A stretch of DNA of 20,633 nt. Source: Myxococcota bacterium (GTDB lineage: Bacteria; Myxococcota; XYA12-FULL-58-9; JABJBS01). Positions 9,798 through 16,134 of this stretch are shown here, in pieces. Location of the stretch: NCBI GenBank assembly GCA_036339465.1, contig JAYZAY010000023.1, positions 1 to 20,633 on the forward strand. Reading direction: 5' to 3'. Position 1 is the first letter of the stretch. Each line of letters begins with the position of its first letter. A program made the translations under genes and the position numbers. The notes beneath the pieces were generated by a model, which ran no database searches, was not told the origin of the DNA, and saw nothing but the letters and a program-made list of their open reading frames with translations.

Positions 9798-9889
9798 GGC
9801 AGAGCAGCGGCAGGCAGGGCAGGCAGAAAATAAGCAGCGTGATTATTGGCAGGGCAGGGAGGCAGAAAATAAGCAGCGTGGTTTTGGCG
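9798..9889 (-). repeat. Left-end repeat cluster of RAYT-like element
   Basis: Two copies of aggcagaaaataagcagcgtg (9821-9841, 9860-9880) among ggcag micro-repeats; their continuations match the reverse complement of the right-end unit. Confidence 0.85.
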
Positions 9890-10053
9890 CAAATTCCCGG
9901 TAAGATTCTGTGAATGACTGTGATTTATGGGAACAAGAAGCGGCGAGAATTGCCGTTTTTGACACTAAGAAAGCCAAGTTGACGCAGTGGTGGGTTTCCG
10001 TCACTAAATTCGGGTGATAATTTCGGGTTGTGGATACTTTCTAGATATAAACG

Positions 10054-11022
10054 CTAGCTATAGCAGGTTGGGCGCCACGCACCTGGTGGGAACTCTGGTT
10101 CGGTAAATCCTTCCTTAAATGCCTCAGCGGCAACTCGGTAAAGAGTTTGAAACTCCCAATACCGCCTTGTATATTCTTGGGTCACCCAGTGTCTTAAATC
10201 AGCCCAAGCGGTGATAACACGTTTTCTGTCCTTCCAAAAAGGCGGTGAGGGCGGTGTTTTTCCCTTGAAGATGCTTTGGGCTTTCACTCTTTTGACACCA
10301 AGGATTCTCTTTCCTTCCTGCTGCCTTCGGGTCTTTTCCTTATGGGTGATTTTCTCTACGCGGCTTTGCACAAAACTTTGGCGCTCAGTTTCTGGGGTAT
10401 CCTTCCAAGCGGGCAACACGTCTAAATTGAGTTCGCGTTTTTGGTAGAAATCCTTTCGCTTGATAGGCGGCGGGTTTTTGAGGTTTGATGCCTTGTTTTT
10501 CGCGATAGCGTATGCCGTGCCGTCAAACCAAACCCCTTTTCTCTTTTCGCCGTACATGAGTTGCTTTGCACCTTGGGCCCCAGGCCAATCTTGGGGTCTT
10601 TCAACCAGGTCTTCTTTGCTCCCTTGGGACAATAGATAGTCCAGACATTCGATTGTACTGTTTTCGGTCGGTAGGGCGGTGCTGGTAAAGCGACTGTTCC
10701 AAAATGGGCCAGGTATTCCATTTTGGTTGCCGATACGGACTGAAATTTCCCGTTTGATAGAACCGACAAAAGGTGAAAACTGACAACCGGGGCCTTGCAT
10801 CATAAGGTGAAAATGATTTGAAAGAAATACGTCGTAATAGAGCTTAATTTCAGGGTATTTCATCTTTGATTGGGCGACAATTCCCGTGATAATCTCCCTC
10901 ACTCCATCTTTGGGCGCCATCAGATAAAGCCCACCCCAGGTTTTGCTCATCACATGGTAGACACAGCTTGGGTCAATGTAGCGGACATGGTGTTTGATTT
11001 GGGGTTCGTCGAATGTGTACAT
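10054..11022 (-). CDS. Y1 HUH transposase, REP-associated tyrosine transposase (RAYT)-like, ~322 aa
   Basis: YHVMSK, FLSNHFHLMM (HUH), FWNSRF, DYLLSQGSKEDLVERPQDWPG (catalytic Tyr region). Start reassigned to ATG 11022; the first 61 codons of the track ORF are read-through of the repeat array. Confidence 0.85.
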   Translation of the reverse strand: MYTFDEPQIKHHVRYIDPSCVYHVMSKTWGGLYLMAPKDGVREIITGIVAQSKMKYPEIKLYYDVFLSNHFHLMMQGPGCQFSPFVGSIKREISVRIGNQNGIPGPFWNSRFTSTALPTENSTIECLDYLLSQGSKEDLVERPQDWPGAQGAKQLMYGEKRKGVWFDGTAYAIAKNKASNLKNPPPIKRKDFYQKRELNLDVLPAWKDTPETERQSFVQSRVEKITHKEKTRRQQEGKRILGVKRVKAQSIFKGKTPPSPPFWKDRKRVITAWADLRHWVTQEYTRRYWEFQTLYRVAAEAFKEGFTEPEFPPGAWRPTCYS

Positions 11023-11033
11023 GCTTAACCCAT

Positions 11034-11050
11034 CGCAAAAACCATGCCAA
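11034..11050 (-). promoter_or_regulatory. Sigma54 (-24/-12) promoter candidate for the transposase
   Basis: Minus strand TTGGCATGGTTTTTGCG = GG-N10-GC, close to YTGGCACGNNNNTTGCW; predicted +1 about 11023, next to ATG 11022. Confidence 0.6.
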
Positions 11051-11556
11051 TAACCGGTTGATGCTCTATGCCAATAACCACGCTGCGTGTTGAGTGCCTT
11101 GAGTGCCCCGTGTTGAGTGCCCCGTGTTGAGTGCCCTGCGTGTTGAGTGCCCTGCGTGTTGAGTGCCTTGAGTGCCTTGAGTGCCTCAATAACCACGCTG
11201 CTCATTTATTCCCTGTTGAGTGCCAAAAACCATGCCAATAACCAGCCAATAACCACGCTGCTCATTTATTCCCATTTATTCCCTTATTCCCTGCTCATTT
11301 ATTCCCTCATTTATTCCCCCTGTCGAGTGCCAAAAACCATGCCAATAACCACGCTGCTCATTTATTCCCATTTATTCCCCTTCCAATAACCACGCTGCTC
11401 ATTTATTCCTCAAAAACCATGCCAATAACCACGCTGCTCATTTATTCCTCATTTATTCCTCATTTATTCCTATTCCCAATAACCACGCTGCTCATTTATT
11501 CCTTTCCCATTTATTCCCCCATTTATTCCCATTTATTCCCTTATTCCCATTTATTC
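11036..11556 (+). repeat. Right-end scrambled repeat array built from fragments of a ~49-nt unit
   Basis: Unit tgt(t/c)gagtgccaaaaaccatgccaataaccacgctgctcatttattccc (intact at 11321-11369); by hand count 9x ttgagtgcc, 7x caataaccacgctg, about 16x atttattc. Confidence 0.95.
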
Positions 11557-11709
11557 GCCCCCCCCCATGAGTGAAAAAATCCGCAGGAGCAGTCTTGTTT
11601 GTCAATGGGGCTCGGACAAGGACATGCGGTGGAATCAAAGCATGCTTTGGCATGGTTTTGACCGAAGTGCCGTAAAACGATAGAACGTGTTTCATTGAGA
11701 AGGGGGGGG

Positions 11710-12486
11710 ATGAGCATGGGTGAGGACATCCTGTCGAAGTGGGTTTTGGTTGTGGGGGGAACCGGCGGTATTGGAGTCGCTATTGTTCGCAGTTTAGCTC
11801 AAGCCGGTCGGTCGGTACTTGTGGGGTACCATTCGTCTGAAGCGAAAGCCCAGGCCATTGTGGACGGTCTTTCGGCTCAAGGTCACCGTGTGAAGGCGGC
11901 ACAAATTCAGTTAAACGGCGAACGGTCGGCAAGTGACTATTTCGAATCTATCGTGGCCGAGCATGGCGCGGTGGGCAGTGTTGTTTCTGCCGCAGGAGCG
12001 GAAATCCACCAACCCTATATCATCGATGCTAAATTGAGTGCTCTTAGGAATGCGTTGGACATTGAACTCACAGGTTTTCTTGATTTGGCACAAGGGGCCA
12101 TTGGCCACTTTCGTTCGGAGAGCGGTGGCAATTTTGTGACGGTGACCAGTTCGGGCACCTATCGGTATCCGCCGGGAGATGTTTTGTCGGTGGTACCGAA
12201 GGCGGGACTCGAAGCCTTGGTTAGAGGTATCGCCAGAGAAGAGGGAAAGTTTAATATTCGAGCCAACGCGGTAGCTGTGGGTGTTGTTGAGGCGGGCATG
12301 TTTCTCAAATTGAAGCAATCCGGTCAGCTCGACAAAGCTTGGATTGAGGCGGCCCAAAGAAATATTGCTTTGAGGCGATTTGGTGAGGCAAATGAGGTGG
12401 CTAAAGTGGTGGCATTTTTGACATCCGAAGATGCTTCTTATGTAAGTGGTCAAACGATTCGAGTGGATGGTGGATATTCTGTCTAA
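11710..12486 (+). CDS. Short-chain dehydrogenase/reductase (atypical active site)
   Basis: VGGTGGIG Rossmann motif, NIRANAVA, SYVSGQTIRVDGG; SVVPK in place of YxxxK. Start ATG 11710 or 11716. Confidence 0.9.
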   Translation: MSMGEDILSKWVLVVGGTGGIGVAIVRSLAQAGRSVLVGYHSSEAKAQAIVDGLSAQGHRVKAAQIQLNGERSASDYFESIVAEHGAVGSVVSAAGAEIHQPYIIDAKLSALRNALDIELTGFLDLAQGAIGHFRSESGGNFVTVTSSGTYRYPPGDVLSVVPKAGLEALVRGIAREEGKFNIRANAVAVGVVEAGMFLKLKQSGQLDKAWIEAAQRNIALRRFGEANEVAKVVAFLTSEDASYVSGQTIRVDGGYSV

Positions 12487-12499
12487 GGGAGGTGATTTG

Positions 12500-14122
12500 A
12501 TGGGAACGGAATATTGGTTGGATAATGTGGGGACATATGTCGATTTATTGTCTCAGGCGACAGAGCATTACTTATCTAAAACGGCAATTGAGGACGGTGA
12601 ACATAGGCTCAGTTATGGTGAATTGAACGAAGCAGTTTTTAAGGCATCCAAAGCGTTTATTCATAGGGGCGTGAAGAAAGGCGACCCCGTCGCAATTTGG
12701 GCACCCAATATTTGGGAATGGGTAGTCACGGCTTTGGGGGCCCAAACCATTGGGGCGATTCTCGTGCCCATCAATACCCGATTCAAAGGTGGCGAGGCGG
12801 CGTATATCCTTGACAAGGCAAAGGTAAAACACGTTTTTGGGGTCCAAGGCTTTTTGGGGAATAACTATCTACAGATGTTGGCACAACACTATGGAGACGG
12901 TGACCTTGTACGGGGTGAGGCGAAAATTGAAGAGCGCTTTGATTCTATTGTCTCGCTTCGAGGGGACGCACCAACTTATGCAACCTCTTTTGATGATTTT
13001 ATTGAGAAAGGGGCTTTGGTGTCTCACGAAGTTGTCCATGCCGCCCGGCAATCGGTTACGCGAGATACCATCTCGGACTTACTCTTCACTTCAGGCACCA
13101 CGGGTTATCCGAAGGGCGTCATGACCAGCCATCAACAAAACCTCAAAGCATTTACGTGCTGGTCAGAGGTTGTGGGATTGACCGAAGGCGATCGATATCT
13201 CGTGATCAATCCATTTTTTCATGCATTTGGTTATAAAGCGGGTTGGTTGGCCTCTTTGATGCGTGGGGCGACGATTCTTCCGCATCCTGTTTTTGACCCT
13301 AAACAAGCCTTGGAGCGTATTGGGAAAGACCAGGTTTCTATGCTACCGGGGCCACCCGCGCTCTTTCAAACTTTTCTGGCTCAACCGAATCTAGCTGACT
13401 ATGACCTTTCATCGTTGCGATTAAGTGTCACGGGAGCAGCCAGTATTCCGGTGGAGCTGATTCAGCAGATGAAGGATGTGTTGAATTTTGACGTCGTGGT
13501 TACGGGCTATGGGCTTACTGAGGCTTGTGGGATTGCAACCATGTGTCGTGCGGGGGATCCCGCCGAAACCATTGCCAATACATCTGGGCGGGCGATACCG
13601 GGTTGTGAGGTTTTGGTGGTGGATGAGAAAGGGAAAGAAGTGCCCCGAGGCGAGCCGGGAGAAGTTGTTGTTAGGGGCTACAATGTTATGCAGGGCTACT
13701 TCGAAATGCCCGATGAGACGGCGAAAACCATCGATGCTGAGGGTTGGCTTCATACTGGAGATATTGGGGTGATGGATGAGGAGGGGAACTTGAGAATTAC
13801 CGATCGTCTCAAGGATATGTTCATTATGGGTGGTTTTAATTGTTACCCTGCTGAGATTGAAAATTGTATTTTGAAACATGGGGATTTGATGCAGGTGGCA
13901 GTCATTGGTGTTCCCGATGAACGGATGGGGGAAGTGGGTATGGCTTGGGTGGTTCGGAAACCTGGGGCCGATATCGACGAAGAGACACTTTCTCAGTGGT
14001 GTCGGGATAACATGGCAAATTACAAAGTTCCTCGCGATATCAGATTTGTGGATTCTTTACCCATGAATGCCACTGGCAAAGTCCAAAAGTTTAGACTTAG
14101 GGAGCAGGCCACCGTTGGTTGA
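12500..14122 (+). CDS. fadD3: Acyl-CoA ligase, FadD3 (HIP-CoA ligase)-like
   Basis: LFTSGTTGYPKG, GYGLTE, WLHTGD; DRYLVINPFFHAFGYKAGWLA resembles FadD3 family; GGAGGTG RBS before ATG 12500. Confidence 0.8.
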   Translation: MGTEYWLDNVGTYVDLLSQATEHYLSKTAIEDGEHRLSYGELNEAVFKASKAFIHRGVKKGDPVAIWAPNIWEWVVTALGAQTIGAILVPINTRFKGGEAAYILDKAKVKHVFGVQGFLGNNYLQMLAQHYGDGDLVRGEAKIEERFDSIVSLRGDAPTYATSFDDFIEKGALVSHEVVHAARQSVTRDTISDLLFTSGTTGYPKGVMTSHQQNLKAFTCWSEVVGLTEGDRYLVINPFFHAFGYKAGWLASLMRGATILPHPVFDPKQALERIGKDQVSMLPGPPALFQTFLAQPNLADYDLSSLRLSVTGAASIPVELIQQMKDVLNFDVVVTGYGLTEACGIATMCRAGDPAETIANTSGRAIPGCEVLVVDEKGKEVPRGEPGEVVVRGYNVMQGYFEMPDETAKTIDAEGWLHTGDIGVMDEEGNLRITDRLKDMFIMGGFNCYPAEIENCILKHGDLMQVAVIGVPDERMGEVGMAWVVRKPGADIDEETLSQWCRDNMANYKVPRDIRFVDSLPMNATGKVQKFRLREQATVG

Positions 14123-14197
14123 TATTCGAAGAGAGTTTAGCCAGGTACTTAAGTAACCAATCTTGGCGGATCTTTTTGTGACGTGAAGGAGAGTAGA

Positions 14198-15415
14198 ATG
14201 GAAGAAGTGGTTATTGTTGCAGGAACGCGAACGCCCATTGGTCGGGCATTCAAGGGCGCATTAAAAGAGCATCGACCCGACGATTTACTGGCCCATGTGA
14301 TCAATGGTGCCTTGGGTCAAGTACCGTCTTTGGAAACATCTTTGATTGAAGATGTGGTGGTGGGGTGTGCTCAGCCGGCCGGAGAAGCGGGCTACAATAT
14401 GGCAAGAGTGGCGGGGTTATTGAGCGGTCTTTCTGGGGCTGGTGGCACGACTGTGAATCGCTACTGCGCCTCTTCTTTACAGGGGCTTCGGATGGCCTAC
14501 CATGCGATTGCGGCGGGTGAACTCGAAGCGATGGTTGTGGCGGGAGTCGAAACAGTTAGTCGATTTGGTCAAGGAAAGTCCGATGGGATGCCCGACACCA
14601 AAAATCCCAAATTTGCAAAAGCTCAGGCCCGCAGTGAAGCGCGAAGTGGTGAGAATACAGAGCGTTGGCAAGATTCCAAAACCCTCGCAGACATCTATAT
14701 CTCCATGGGACAAACTGCCGAGAATGTTGCGCAATATGAAAATATTGGTCGAGAAGAAATGGATGATTTTGCGATGCGTTCTCAATCCCGAGCGGTGGCT
14801 GGCTTGGAGTCTGGTTTCTTCAAGAGCGAAATAACGCCTGTTGATCTGGGAGAAGGGGGGGGGCTGGCCCACGATGAATGTATTCGGCCAGGTACCAAGC
14901 TCGAAAAACTAGCAACTTTGAAGCCTGTGTTTAGACCCGATGGGAAGGTAACGGCTGGAAATGCATGTCCCCTTAATGATGGTGCGGTTGCATTGGTGGT
15001 GACCTCTCGAAGTTTTGCTCAACATCATGGTTTGAAACCCCGTGCCAAGATTATTGGTAGCAGTGTGTCTGGGGTGAATCCGGAGATTATGGGCTTGGGG
15101 CCTGTTTCTGCGACCCAGCGGTTACTCAAGCGACTGGGTAAGAATATGGGTGCGATGGATCTGGTAGAAATGAACGAAGCATTTGCGGCTCAGGTGATTC
15201 CTTGTGCCAAGCATCTTGAGATCCCCGGTGATAAGTTGAATATTCACGGCGGTGCCATTGCACTCGGGCACCCATTTGGGATGACCGGAGCACGTCTAAT
15301 CCTGACGCTTATGAATGGGTTGAAAGTTCGCGGTGGTCGATTTGGGTTGGCCACTTTGTGTGTGGGGGGAGGCCAGGGAATGTCCATGGTGATTGAAAAC
15401 CTCCAAGACGCTTAG
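14198..15415 (+). CDS. Acetyl-CoA C-acyltransferase (thiolase)
   Basis: TVNRYCASSLQ, NEAFAAQ, GGAIALGHPFGMTG, LCVGGGQG; AAGGAG RBS before ATG 14198. Confidence 0.95.
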   Translation: MEEVVIVAGTRTPIGRAFKGALKEHRPDDLLAHVINGALGQVPSLETSLIEDVVVGCAQPAGEAGYNMARVAGLLSGLSGAGGTTVNRYCASSLQGLRMAYHAIAAGELEAMVVAGVETVSRFGQGKSDGMPDTKNPKFAKAQARSEARSGENTERWQDSKTLADIYISMGQTAENVAQYENIGREEMDDFAMRSQSRAVAGLESGFFKSEITPVDLGEGGGLAHDECIRPGTKLEKLATLKPVFRPDGKVTAGNACPLNDGAVALVVTSRSFAQHHGLKPRAKIIGSSVSGVNPEIMGLGPVSATQRLLKRLGKNMGAMDLVEMNEAFAAQVIPCAKHLEIPGDKLNIHGGAIALGHPFGMTGARLILTLMNGLKVRGGRFGLATLCVGGGQGMSMVIENLQDA

Positions 15416-15424
15416 GAGGGCCAG

Positions 15425-15865
15425 GTGAACAACCAACTGCCTCGATGGATTTACCATATTGCCACAGAAAGTGACCTTACTTCTTTCTGTGACCACCCGT
15501 CCTACTATGAGCCTAGTGCCTTTGTTACCGATGGCTTTATCCATGGGGCCTTGGATTTGGATACCGTTTTTGGGGTTGCGGAAAGCTATTACGCCGAGCA
15601 ACTCAATCCCTTGGTGGTTTTAAGAATCGAGGTTTGTGAAGTGGATGCCATCATCAAATTGGAGGCGCCCATTCCCAAGGATGGCAAGCCCCAAGCCCAC
15701 CATAAGCCGGGCCGCCTTTTCCCCCACATCTATGGATTTTTACCCTTGTCTGCCATTGATGGAGGGGCGCTACTTCACTGTGTGGGGGGGGAATGGAAAC
15801 TTGAAGGCCACTGGGAACCACTGGCTTTGGTATTTGAGAGATTGGGCCTCAAGGGACTCCTTTAG
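15425..15865 (+). CDS. DUF952 family protein
   Basis: IYHI...DGFIH...FPHIYG pattern; AGGAGG RBS before GTG. Confidence 0.8.
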   Translation: MNNQLPRWIYHIATESDLTSFCDHPSYYEPSAFVTDGFIHGALDLDTVFGVAESYYAEQLNPLVVLRIEVCEVDAIIKLEAPIPKDGKPQAHHKPGRLFPHIYGFLPLSAIDGGALLHCVGGEWKLEGHWEPLALVFERLGLKGLL

Positions 15866-16134
15866 GGAGTTTTGGAGACTGACTCATTGGGGTTTAGAGG
15901 CCACCAAAGGTCTGGAGCGACTTTCTCTCGGCAGGGTGCAGAGTTGTGATATAACACAAAGGGTTTGATGGATTTTGTCTTTGGAGATGGGGGGGCTTGG
16001 GGTATGAATATCTGGCGAAGTACGCCCCATCCTGGAAATTGTATATTAGAGAAGAGGCAGCCATGACCTTTTTAAGTGAGTTTGGTTTGGTGCAGAGAAG
16101 ATGGTTTGGAGTTTGAATCGGAGTTGTAAATAGA

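Larger units (their letters stand above)
9798..11556 (-). mobile_element. Putative HUH/Y1 (RAYT-like) element bounded by inverted end motifs
   Basis: Transposase gene between left agcagcgtg(a/g)tt(a)ttggc motifs and right gccaataaccacgctgct motifs in inverted orientation; exact ends uncertain. Confidence 0.6.

Noticed and set aside
9900..10050. oriC call from DnaA-box-like tgtggatac (10029-10037) and tgtgaatga (~9909)
   Set aside because: Only two imperfect boxes, no clear AT-rich unwinding element and no dnaA/dnaN/gidA nearby; kept only as one alternative in the skew finding.
11036..11556. CRISPR array
   Set aside because: No unique spacers of regular length; intervening DNA consists of fragments of the same unit; no cas genes in the window.
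11558..11709. Phase-variable homopolymers C9 (11558-11566) and G8 (11702-11709)
   Set aside because: Similar G runs occur within intact genes (e.g. ~14855-14863); G8 can serve as an RBS; no evidence of variation without reads.
11023..11729. N-terminal 61 codons of the 383-aa transposase ORF and small ORFs 11147-11389, 11492-11695, 11541-11729
   Set aside because: Translations of the repeat array; low complexity, no RBS or recognisable family features.
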